64,000 nt of DNA. Source: an uncultured bacterium. GTDB lineage: Bacteria; Pseudomonadota; Gammaproteobacteria; Burkholderiales; SG8-39. A model generated the notes under the pieces. It saw only the letters and a list, made by a program, of their open reading frames with translations. It searched no databases and had not been told where the DNA came from. Within the stretch, counting starts at the first letter, position 1. Every line of letters starts with the position of its first letter. Positions 23,038 through 34,505 of the stretch are shown piece after piece. The position numbers and the translations under genes are program-made. The DNA lies in the NCBI GenBank assembly GCA_965233195.1, contig CBDDSB010000026.1, positions 210,901-274,900 of the forward strand, given 5' to 3'.

Positions 23038-23361
23038 ATGTCGGTCTTCTATGGCTTGTGGTATTTCCTTGCAGGACTTTTGATCGCAATCACCTGCATC
23101 ACTGGATATTTTGTCTTGCGGGTTAGCAAGGAATTTCCAGAACTATTTGAACGGCTAGGAAAACCCTCGCCCTTCTTCTTCGCAACTGGCTCATGGCTTA
23201 CATCCAGCAAGTTCACTAGTTATTTACTTTCAAGGCAACCAGCGATGAGTTTGTCGTCCGAGCCAGCGCTGCGATTTGCCGCACGTGTCTTGGCGGTTCT
23301 CTACCTGACAATGTTGCTAACCATCTTGGCGGCCGTAACATCCATACTTCTTCGATGGTGA
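23038..23361 (+). CDS. Small membrane protein, candidate immunity protein for the Rhs C-terminal toxin
   Basis: 107 aa. Starts 10 nt after the toxin stop, with an AAGGAA RBS. Hydrophobic helices at both ends (GLWYFLAGLLIAITCITGYFVL and VLAVLYLTMLLTILAAVTSILL). GC is markedly lower than the surroundings. Confidence 0.55.
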   Translation: MSVFYGLWYFLAGLLIAITCITGYFVLRVSKEFPELFERLGKPSPFFFATGSWLTSSKFTSYLLSRQPAMSLSSEPALRFAARVLAVLYLTMLLTILAAVTSILLRW

Positions 23362-23933
23362 GGTGTCGTGCTAAATTTTTTGATGTGCCGCTGCTCATTC
23401 GTCGGGCCGCACAACTATTCGCGGTGACGGCTCTTCTTGCGCTGCAGACTGCTTGCGACAAGTTGCCGGCTGACGTGAAGCAATTGCAACAGCCTCAATC
23501 GGTCGTTACTGTGCTCGCCGCGGACCCCCTCACTATTTCGAACGCACCTGTGGGATTCGACAAATCGCTGCGGGTCGTCGGCAAATTATCTGGTGTCTGT
23601 CTATCACTGCGTGGAAAGGTGGCTTCTGGTCCCACCCATAAGACGACTGCCGAATTCATCTCTCTTATGGGTGGAGCAACAGTAACGGCGGTAGCCACCA
23701 CAGCGGGCGGAAGGACGGTAACTCTAAGCAGCCCCACTGAGACGTGGTCGAAGCAGGGGCGCGTCGAAAAGAGCAATGAACTAGGCGCGTGCATGCATGT
23801 GCCCATTGGAAACACCGAGGTTCGCGTTGGCACGTCGATTTCACACATTGAGCTCAGCTCGGACAAGTCACTTGCGGTTCGGGGGGTTTATTGGGAGTCG
23901 ACCAATGCTTGGGATAGCTCCCTTCGTCCTTAA
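23355..23933 (+). CDS. Putative lipoprotein or secreted beta-rich protein, function unknown
   Basis: 192-aa ORF. An internal GTG at 23385 would give MPLLIRRAAQLFAVTALLALQTAC, an imperfect lipobox-type signal. Lower GC. No recognisable catalytic motifs. Confidence 0.45.
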   Translation: MVRCRAKFFDVPLLIRRAAQLFAVTALLALQTACDKLPADVKQLQQPQSVVTVLAADPLTISNAPVGFDKSLRVVGKLSGVCLSLRGKVASGPTHKTTAEFISLMGGATVTAVATTAGGRTVTLSSPTETWSKQGRVEKSNELGACMHVPIGNTEVRVGTSISHIELSSDKSLAVRGVYWESTNAWDSSLRP

Positions 23934-24010
23934 GCACCGGTGCGCTGCGAACCACCGGATGCGCGTGTTAGTGACCTAGAAATCTCATAGCACCTGCCCA
24001 TCACCGTCAG

Positions 24011-24367
24011 ATGAGTTACAAGGTCAGGGTTGAAATCAACTGTCTTCTCGGCAATTCGCCGTACGCTGAACTTACGAAGCGGTTAGAAGTCCCTTTCGTG
24101 CCGTCCGTTGGATTGCAAATCGCCTTCAAGATGCGGGCTATCGGCCCTGGTGAGGAAAAAAAATACGAAGCCCTCGCTACGGGTTGCACGAATTCCACCG
24201 GAGTGGTCTTCGTCGAATCAGTCGTCTACTACCCGGAGGGCAGCGCCACCGGTGACATGCTGCGAGTTCTCGCTGACCCAATACGAGAGGAAGAAGAGTC
24301 AGCGATTGCTGCGTACGTGAAGCTGATGCAGCTTTTTTATGGTTTCGAAGTGGAAACGCTGACCTAG
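24011..24367 (+). CDS. Small acidic cytoplasmic protein, function unknown (possible orphan immunity protein)
   Basis: 118-aa ORF in the low-GC tail of the Rhs island. No signal peptide and no recognisable motifs. Confidence 0.4.
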   Translation: MSYKVRVEINCLLGNSPYAELTKRLEVPFVPSVGLQIAFKMRAIGPGEEKKYEALATGCTNSTGVVFVESVVYYPEGSATGDMLRVLADPIREEEESAIAAYVKLMQLFYGFEVETLT

Positions 24368-24450
24368 TCTTGTCGTTGCCAGCGCGGACGGGCGCGCGAT
24401 CGCGCGTCTCTGCGGCAAGAGGCGTCAGTCGGCATGCACACTCATCGTAC

Positions 24451-25224
24451 TTAGTCGCCCACTGATAGCTCGACAATGACGGGTGCGTGATCCGAAGGCC
24501 GCTCTCGCTTTCTCGGTTCGATGTCTATCGTGCACGCGCTGCACCTGCCGGCGAGCGCGGGCGATAGCAGGATGTGGTCGATGCGCAGGCCCCAGCCGCG
24601 CTCGAATGCCTTGAGGCGATAGTCCCACCAGGTAAATTGCTTCTCCGGCTGATCGAAAAGCCGGAAGGCATCCTTGACGCCCACGTTCAGCACTTCGCGG
24701 AACGCGGCACGCTCGGGCTCGGAGAAATGGATCTTGCCTTCCCAGCGCTTCGGGTTGTGCACGTCGCGCGGTTCAGGGGCGATGTTGAGGTCGCCGAGCA
24801 CCGCCAGTTTTGGTTTTTCTTGGACTTCGTTCGCCAACCAGCTGGTTAAAGCGGCGTACCACCTGAGTTTGTAAGCGTACTTGTCCGACCCCGGCTCCTG
24901 CCCGTTGGGCGCGTACAGATTCAGAATGCGCACGCCGTTGACCGTCGCAGCTATGACGCGCTTAGGATCGTCCGGAAAGTCCGGGATGCCGTGCTGTACA
25001 TCCGTCAGCGGCGAGCGCGCGAGGATCGCTACCCCGTTGTAGGACTTCTGTCCGCAATACACCGCCTGGTAGCCCGCCGCTCGAATCTCGGCGAGGGGAA
25101 AGTTCGCGTCCTCGGTTTTGGTTTCCTGCAGACACGCCACGTCCGGCTGCGCGGCCGCCAGCCAGTCGAGGAGGTGCGGCAGGCGCACCCTCAGCGAGTT
25201 GACGTTCCAGGTCGCGATCTTCAT
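24451..25224 (-). CDS. xthA: Exodeoxyribonuclease III
   Basis: 257 aa with MKIATWNVNSLRVRL...CLQETK and the C-terminal SDHAPV, typical of Xth/APE1-family nucleases. Confidence 0.9.
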   Translation of the reverse strand: MKIATWNVNSLRVRLPHLLDWLAAAQPDVACLQETKTEDANFPLAEIRAAGYQAVYCGQKSYNGVAILARSPLTDVQHGIPDFPDDPKRVIAATVNGVRILNLYAPNGQEPGSDKYAYKLRWYAALTSWLANEVQEKPKLAVLGDLNIAPEPRDVHNPKRWEGKIHFSEPERAAFREVLNVGVKDAFRLFDQPEKQFTWWDYRLKAFERGWGLRIDHILLSPALAGRCSACTIDIEPRKRERPSDHAPVIVELSVGD

Positions 25225-26259
25225 GGGTGAACGAGGTAGCGTTTCAGGCGCACGAGATCGGGCTCGACGCCGATCCCGGGCGCGTCAGGCAATGTTGCCA
25301 TGCCTTCGTCGACGCGCAGCGGGAACACTTCTTCGCGCAACGGATTGGGATTGGCATCCACCTCCGCGTAGCCGTCGCCGCCGAGCGCGGCGAGAAGATG
25401 CATGGACGCAGCCAACCCGACCCCGCCGGCGAGCCAGTGGGGGCAGAACGCGATTGCTTTGTGGGCGGCGTGCTGCGCCACTGCACGGCACCCGCTGATG
25501 CCGCCCCACTTGCCGACATCGGGGCTGGATGAAGCGCAGGTGGCCGGCGTCGATCGCCTCGGCGAACGCGGCCTGCCCGCGCAGGTTCTCGCCGGCGGCC
25601 AATGGCGCGCCGGTGCGCGCGGCCAGCTGCTGCCACGCTTGAACGCTCTCGTCGGCGGCGATCGGCTCTTCGACCCAATGCAAGTTGAACGGCGTCAGCG
25701 CATCGATCTCGGCCGCGGCCTGCTCCGGGCTCCACGCCTGGTTGGCGTCGACCATGATGGTGGCAGCGGCGCCGACGGCGTCGCGCAGCTCCACGACATT
25801 GGCCGCGTCGCGCTCGCGTGAGAAGCCGACCTTGAGCTTGAATGCCCGGAAGCCTTCGCGCTGCTTGGCGAGCGCCAGGTCGCCGACGGCGTCGGGACCG
25901 AGGCCGCTTGCGTAGACCCGTACCTTGGCGCCGGCGCCGCCCAGATGCTTCCACAACGGCTGGCCGGCGCGCCGCGCACTCATGTCCCACAGCGCCTGGT
26001 CGATGCCGCCGATGATCTGGGCGAAGGGCCCGGGCTCGCCGCACTGGATCGCCATGCGCCGCGTGCGTGCTTCGAGCATGGCGCGCGTTGCCTCGGCGCT
26101 GTCGCAGGGCGTCTTCGCGAGCAGCGGTACGAAGATGCTTTCGACCAGGCGGGCGCGGTGCTCGGCGCCGACGGTGGGGAAGTTGCTGAACACTTCGCCC
26201 CAGCCGCAGGCGCCGTCGCTCGCCGACACGCGCAGCCATAGCGCCGGCCGGTTGCTCAT
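25221..26259 (-). pseudogene. Mandelate racemase/muconate lactonizing enzyme (enolase superfamily) gene with two frameshifts
   Basis: The N-terminal 240 aa are intact (IMVDANQAW, HWVEEPI, AAGENL). Homology then moves through three frames within ~25 nt: ...LRFIQP | DVGKWGG | ISGCRAVAQHAAHKAIAFCPHWLAGGVG.... This implies one extra base in the G4 run at 25522-25525 and one at GG 25500-25501. Confidence 0.75.
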
Positions 26260-27196
26260 GGCGCCGAACGCGTTGGCGATCAGCGCGTTCGCGCAGACTT
26301 ATCCATCAAAGCCGGTGCGTCTGATCGTGCCGTTCCCGCCCGGCGGCGCGGTCGACTACTACGCGCGCGCGGTGCAGGGTCGGCTCGCCGAAACGCTGGG
26401 CCAGCCGATCGTGATCGAGAACCGCGTCGGCGCCGGCGGCATGGTCGGCGCGGACCTGGTGGCGAAGTCGGCGCCCGACGGCTATACGCTGCTCGTCGGC
26501 AACATCGCCGCGCTCGCGACGAACGTCGGCGTGTATCCAAAGATGACCTACGACCCGGTGAAGGACTTCTCGCCGATCATCCGCACGGTGGCGGTGAACT
26601 ACGTGATGGCGGTGCATCCGTCGGTCCCCGCGCGCAGCGTCGCGGAATTCATCGCTTACGCCAAGGCCAACCCCGGCAAGCTCAGCTACGGCTCGGCCGG
26701 CAGCGGCAGCGCGCCGCACCTCGCGACCGAGCTTTTCAAGCAGCGGACCGGTATCGACGTGCTCCACGTGCCCTTCAAAGGCGGCGGGCCGATGGTTACC
26801 GACCTGCTCGGCGGGCAGGTGCAGATGGTGATCGCCGACCAGGCCAACCTCATGCCGCAGGTGAAAGCCGGACGGCTGCGCGCCCTGGGAGTCGGCACGC
26901 TCGCCCGCTCGCCGGCGCATCCCGAGCTTCCGACCATTGCCGAATCGGGCCTGCCCGGCTTCGAGGCGCGCGCCTGGCAGGGCGTGGTCGGGCCCGCGGG
27001 CTTGCCGGCCGACACCGCGAACCTGCTGAATTCGGCATTCGGTCGAGTCATGGCAATGCCCGATGTCCACCAGCGCCTGCTGGAGGGCGGCCTGGACCCG
27101 ATCCCCGGAACGCGGCAGGAGTTCGGCGACTTCATCCGCGCCGAAATCGCCAAATGGTCGAAAGTGGCGAAGGACGTCGGCGCGCGCGTGGAGTGA
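26258..27196 (+). CDS. Bug-family (TctC-like) tripartite tricarboxylate transporter substrate-binding protein, signal peptide apparently truncated
   Basis: The mature part is typical of Bug proteins (YPSKPVRLIVPFPPGG..D...R, GYTLLVG, SYGSAGSGSAPHL). Only 13 residues (MAPNALAISAFAQ) precede the mature N-terminus. The ATG at 26258 overlaps the start codon of the divergent pseudogene. Confidence 0.7.
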   Translation: MAPNALAISAFAQTYPSKPVRLIVPFPPGGAVDYYARAVQGRLAETLGQPIVIENRVGAGGMVGADLVAKSAPDGYTLLVGNIAALATNVGVYPKMTYDPVKDFSPIIRTVAVNYVMAVHPSVPARSVAEFIAYAKANPGKLSYGSAGSGSAPHLATELFKQRTGIDVLHVPFKGGGPMVTDLLGGQVQMVIADQANLMPQVKAGRLRALGVGTLARSPAHPELPTIAESGLPGFEARAWQGVVGPAGLPADTANLLNSAFGRVMAMPDVHQRLLEGGLDPIPGTRQEFGDFIRAEIAKWSKVAKDVGARVE

Positions 27197-27223
27197 CTCC
27201 CCGCCTTCGCGGGGACGACGTCT

Positions 27224-29269
27224 TCAGGCCGCGGTCATCCCGCTGTGGCGCAGTAAAGCCTCGACATTCGGCTCGCGGCCGCGGAAAGCCTTGAACGATT
27301 CCGCCGCCGGCCGACTGCCGCCGACGCCGAGGATCTCGTCGCGGAATCGAGCTCCCACTTTCGCGTCGAGGACACCATTCTCTTCGAAGAAGCTATAGGC
27401 ATCCGCCGAGAGCACTTCGGCCCATTTATAGCTGTAGTAGCCCGCGGCGTATCCGCCGGCGAAGATGTGCGAGAAGCTGTTCGGGAAGCGGTTGTAGGCC
27501 GGCGGCTTGAGCACCGCCACCTGGGCGCGCACCTCCTCGCGCAGCTCGAGCGCGCTGCGGACCGCCGCATTGAACACACCGTGCAGCCGCATGTCGAACA
27601 CCGCGAACTCGGCCTGGCGCAGCGTCGCCAGGCCGCTCTGGAAGTTCTTTGCGGCCAGCATGCGATCGAACAGTTTTCGTGGAATGGGTGAACCCGTATC
27701 CACGTGCCGCGTCATTTCGCGCAGCACATCCCATTCCCAGCAGAAGTTCTCCATGAACTGGCTGGGCAGCTCGACCGCGTCCCACTCGACGCCGTTGATG
27801 CCGGAGACGCCGAGGTCCTCGATGCGCGTGAGCAGGTGGTGCAAGCCGTGGCCGAATTCATGGAACAGCGTCAGCACTTCGTCGTGCGTGAAGAGCGCCG
27901 GCTTGTTGCCGACCGGCCGCGAAAAGTTGCAGTTGAGGTAGGCGACCGGGATCTGCAGCCGGTCGCGCTTGCGCCTACGCGTAATGGCGTCGTCCATCCA
28001 CGCGCCACCGCGCTTGGTTTCGCGCGCGTACAGGTCGAGGTAGAACTGGCCGATGGCACTACCGCTGGCATCGCGCACCTCGAAGAAGCGCACGTCCGGA
28101 TGCCACAGCGGTGCCTTGGCCGGAACGATCTTCACCCCGTAGAGGCGCTCGGCCACCTGGAACAGGCCGCCAATCGCGGCTTCCTCCGGGAAATACTGCT
28201 TCACCTCCTGGTCGGAGAATGAATAGCGCTTGGCGCGAAGCTTTTCCGATGCATAGGCGACGTCCCAGGACTCAAGGTTTTCAATCCCCAGCTCGCTGCG
28301 TGCAAAGGTTTTCAACTCTTCAACATCGGCTTCGGCGAAGGGCCGCGCGCGCTTCGCCAGGTCGTCGAGGAACGCGAGCACCTGGTTCGGCGACTCCGCC
28401 ATCTTCGGCACCAGCGACACCGCGGCGAAATCCTCGTAGCCGAGCAGCTGCGCCATCTCGCGCCGCAGCGGCACGATCTTCGCGATGAGAGGCGCGTTGT
28501 TCCATTCGGGCTTGCCGAACTCGGACGCGCGCGTCGCGCTCGCGTGGTAGAGCGTCTCGCGCAGCTTGCGGTCGTCGGCGTACTGCATCACCGGCAGGTA
28601 GGACGGAGCGTGCAGCGTGAACTTCCAGCGCGGTTTGCCGTCTGCCTTCTTCTCATCCTTGTCTGCGGCCTCACGCGCCGCTTGCAGGACATCGTCTGGA
28701 ATTCCACTAATCCGGGATTGGTCGACGACGATGGAATACGCGTTCGTGGCATCCAACAGATTTTCTGAAAACTTCGCCGAAAGCGCGGAGAGCTCTTCCT
28801 GAATCGCGGCATAGCGCCGTTTCTTGTCCGCAGGCAGCTCGGCGCCGCCGAGGCGGAAATCGCGCAAAGCATTCTCGACAATCTTCTTCCGGGCCGGGCT
28901 GAGCGCGGAAAACTCGCTCGACTCGTGCAGCGCCTTGTATTTCTCGAACAGCGCCTGGTTCTGGCCGAGCTCGGTCCAGTATTGCGTGATCTTCGGCAGG
29001 TTGGCGTTGTAGGCCTCGCGCAGCGGCGGGTTGTCCATCACCGCGTGCAGGTGCGCCACCTGTCCCCAGGCGCGGCCGATGCGCTCGTTCGCGTCCTCGA
29101 GCGGCCCGACAAAATCGTCCCAGGTCGGTTTCGCGCTTAGCGAGGCGGCGGTCGTCGCGCGGCCATCGGCCAGCAATTGCTCGATCGCCGGCGCCACGTG
29201 CTCCGGCTTGATCTTCTCGAATTGCGGAAGACCGGAAAAATCAAGAAGCGGATTGTCCTGCGGCAGCAT
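27224..29269 (-). CDS. prlC: Oligopeptidase A (M3 metallopeptidase)
   Basis: 681 aa with the zinc motif HEFGHGLHH and a length typical of PrlC/OpdA. Confidence 0.9.
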   Translation of the reverse strand: MLPQDNPLLDFSGLPQFEKIKPEHVAPAIEQLLADGRATTAASLSAKPTWDDFVGPLEDANERIGRAWGQVAHLHAVMDNPPLREAYNANLPKITQYWTELGQNQALFEKYKALHESSEFSALSPARKKIVENALRDFRLGGAELPADKKRRYAAIQEELSALSAKFSENLLDATNAYSIVVDQSRISGIPDDVLQAAREAADKDEKKADGKPRWKFTLHAPSYLPVMQYADDRKLRETLYHASATRASEFGKPEWNNAPLIAKIVPLRREMAQLLGYEDFAAVSLVPKMAESPNQVLAFLDDLAKRARPFAEADVEELKTFARSELGIENLESWDVAYASEKLRAKRYSFSDQEVKQYFPEEAAIGGLFQVAERLYGVKIVPAKAPLWHPDVRFFEVRDASGSAIGQFYLDLYARETKRGGAWMDDAITRRRKRDRLQIPVAYLNCNFSRPVGNKPALFTHDEVLTLFHEFGHGLHHLLTRIEDLGVSGINGVEWDAVELPSQFMENFCWEWDVLREMTRHVDTGSPIPRKLFDRMLAAKNFQSGLATLRQAEFAVFDMRLHGVFNAAVRSALELREEVRAQVAVLKPPAYNRFPNSFSHIFAGGYAAGYYSYKWAEVLSADAYSFFEENGVLDAKVGARFRDEILGVGGSRPAAESFKAFRGREPNVEALLRHSGMTAA

Positions 29270-30095
29270 TGAGGCAGTTCTCCAGAAGCATTGCGATGGT
29301 CATGGGGCCGACGCCGCCGGGCACCGGCGTAATCCAGCCCGCGACCTGTTTGACGGATTCGGTGTCGACGTCGCCGGCGAGCTTTCCGTCGGGCAGTCGG
29401 TTGATGCCGACGTCGATCACGCAGGCTCCCGGTTTGACCATCGCGGCGGTGACGAGTTTCGCCCGTCCGACGGCGGCGACCAGAATGTCCGCTTGCTTCG
29501 TAATGGCTTCAATGTTCGGCGTCTTGGAGTGGCAGATGGTGACCGTGGCGTGCTTTTGCAAGAGCAGCATGGCGACCGGCTTGCCGACGATGTTCGAGCG
29601 GCCGATGACCACCGCGTGGCGGCCCGCGATTTGCATCCCGGCGTGCTCGATCAGGCGCATGCAGCCCAGCGGCGTGCATGGCACCACGCCGGGGCGCCCG
29701 GCCATCAAGGCACCGAGGTTGGCCTCGTGGAAGCCGTCGACATCCTTGGCGGGCGCGATGGTTTCCAGCACGCGGGCCGAGTCGATGTGCCGGGGAAGGG
29801 GCAGCTGCACCAGGATCCCGTGCACCTCTGGATTCGCGTTCAGTTTCGCAACATGGCCGAGCAGCGCCGTTTCGGTCACGCTGCCGGGAAGCTCGATCAG
29901 CTCCGAGCGCACGCCGATCTCCTTCGCGGCAAGCGTCTTGTTCCGCACGTAGACCTTGGAGGCCGGGTCGTCACCGGCGATGATCACGGTAAGGCCGGGG
30001 CGCACGCCGCGCTGCACAAGCGCTTCCACCTTGTGCTTTAGCGCCGCGCGTGTCGCCGCCGCGAGCGATTTTCCGTCGAGGATTTGGGCTGGCAT
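29241..30095 (-). CDS. folD: Bifunctional methylenetetrahydrofolate dehydrogenase/cyclohydrolase
   Basis: Start trimmed to ATG 30095 (MPAQILDGKSLA...). Has VYVRNK, VQLPLP, GRSNIVGKP and PVPGGVGPMT. Confidence 0.9.
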   Translation of the reverse strand: MPAQILDGKSLAAATRAALKHKVEALVQRGVRPGLTVIIAGDDPASKVYVRNKTLAAKEIGVRSELIELPGSVTETALLGHVAKLNANPEVHGILVQLPLPRHIDSARVLETIAPAKDVDGFHEANLGALMAGRPGVVPCTPLGCMRLIEHAGMQIAGRHAVVIGRSNIVGKPVAMLLLQKHATVTICHSKTPNIEAITKQADILVAAVGRAKLVTAAMVKPGACVIDVGINRLPDGKLAGDVDTESVKQVAGWITPVPGGVGPMTIAMLLENCLNAAAGQSAS

Positions 30096-30186
30096 GGAGG
30101 CCGCGCAGTCTAGCATTGGCCCCATTTTGTGGTTAAGCTTGCCCGGCCCTCCCGCAGCAAAACTGATCGACTCATTTAATCTCGAT

Positions 30187-32873
<2,687 letters not shown>

Positions 32874-32877
<4 letters not shown>

Positions 32878-34505
32878 GCCAAGTTGTTGTGCCCGATATC
32901 GGCGACTTCAAGGAAGTCGAAGTCATTGAAGTCCTGGTGAAGCCGGGCGACAGCGTCACCAAGGAGCAATCGCTCATTACCCTCGAATCGGACAAGGCGA
33001 CGATGGAGATTCCGTCGCCCGGCGCGGGGGTGGTGAAGGAGCTCAAGGTCAAGGTCGGGGACAAGATATCGAAGGGCTCACCGATCCTCGTGCTCGATGA
33101 CAAGAGCAACGGCGAGGCGCCGCCGGATGAGAAGCTGAAACCACAGGCCGCTCAAAAGCCGCAGCAGCCAACTGCACCACAGCAGACAACTGCGCCACAG
33201 CAGGCAACCGCACCAGCCGCATCCGCGGCGGCGCAAGCCATGACGGTTCCGGTTCCCGACATCGGCGACTTCAAGGAAGTCGAAGTGATCGAAGTGCTGG
33301 TGAAGCCAGGGGACACGGTATCCAAAGAGCAATCGCTCATCACCCTCGAGTCCGACAAGGCGACGATGGAGATTCCGTCGCCCACCGCAGGGGTGGTCAA
33401 AAAAATAGAAATAAAAGTGGGTGACAAGGTTTCCAAGGGCATGCCGATCCTGGTGCTGGAAGCCACAGGTCAGCAGCCTGCAAGAACGGAAGCGGCCAAA
33501 CCCGCACCCGCGCCAGCGGCGGCGCCGGCGCCCACGCGGGAGCCGAGCACGCGTCCGGTGCCGCGCGAGCCGCGCGACGAGACGGTAGTGAAGCCGCATG
33601 CCAGCCCCTCGGTGCGCAAATTCGGGCGCGAGCTCGGCGTCGACCTCGCGCGCGTGCAAGGCAGCGGACCGAAGGGGCGCATCCTGCACACGGATGTGCA
33701 GGCGTTCGTCAAAGGCGCGCTGAAAGGGGTTCGCCCCCCTGACAAGGGGGGACAAGGGGGGTTGCCGTTCAACCTGCCGGCGTGGCCGGAGGTCGACTAC
33801 GCCAAGTTCGGCCCGATCGAATCCAAGCCGCTCGCGCGCATCCAGAAACTTTCCGGCCCGTACCTGCACCGCAACTGGATCTCGATTCCGCACGTCACGC
33901 AGTTCGACGAGGCGGACATCACGGACCTGGAGGCTTTCCGCAAGGCGCAGACCGTAGAGACCGAGAAGAAGGGCTTCAAGCTGACGATGCTCGCCTTCAT
34001 GATGAAGGCCTGCGTCACGGCGCTGCGCCAGTACCCGCAGTTCAATTCCTCGCTCGACAAGTCGGGCGAGAACATCATCATCAAAAAGTACTTTCACATC
34101 GGTGTGGCGGTCGACACGCCGGGCGGCCTGGTCGTGCCGGTGGTGCGCGACGCCGACCGCAAGGGCGTGTTCGATATCGCGCGCGAGCTCTCCGACATCA
34201 GCAAGCTGGCGCGCGACGGCAAGCTCAAGCCCGGCGACATGCAGGGCGGCACGTTCTCGATCTCCAGCCTCGGCGGTATCGGCGGCACCGCCTTCACGCC
34301 GATCATCAACGCGCCGGAGGTGGCAATTCTGGGCGTTTCGCGCAGTGCAATACGCCCGGTCTGGAACGGCAAGGAATTCGCGCCGAGACTGATGCTGCCT
34401 TTATCCCTGTCATACGACCATCGCGTGATCGACGGCGCGACCGCCGCGCGCTTCTCCGCCTATCTCGCCTCGGTGCTGTCGGACATTCGCAAGATCGTCC
34501 TCTAG
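32874..34505 (+). CDS. aceF: Dihydrolipoamide acetyltransferase E2 with two lipoyl domains
   Basis: Two lipoyl domains ([12 protein letters not shown] twice), Ala/Pro/Gln linkers, a subunit-binding domain (ASPSVRKFGRELGVDL), and a catalytic domain with SLSYDHRVIDGA. Confidence 0.95.

Noticed and set aside
16751-24450. T6SS-delivered Rhs effector, prophage or integrative-element interpretation of the island
   Set aside because: No PAAR, VgrG, Hcp, chaperone (DUF1795/DUF4123), integrase, transposase or tRNA gene is visible in or next to the island. Both large proteins carry Sec-type signal peptides instead.
25925-26257. Long N-terminal extension of the Bug-family ORF (423-aa version)
   Set aside because: The extension overlaps the divergent enolase-superfamily gene and looks like out-of-frame noise. 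Bug homology starts only at ...AFAQTYPSKP.
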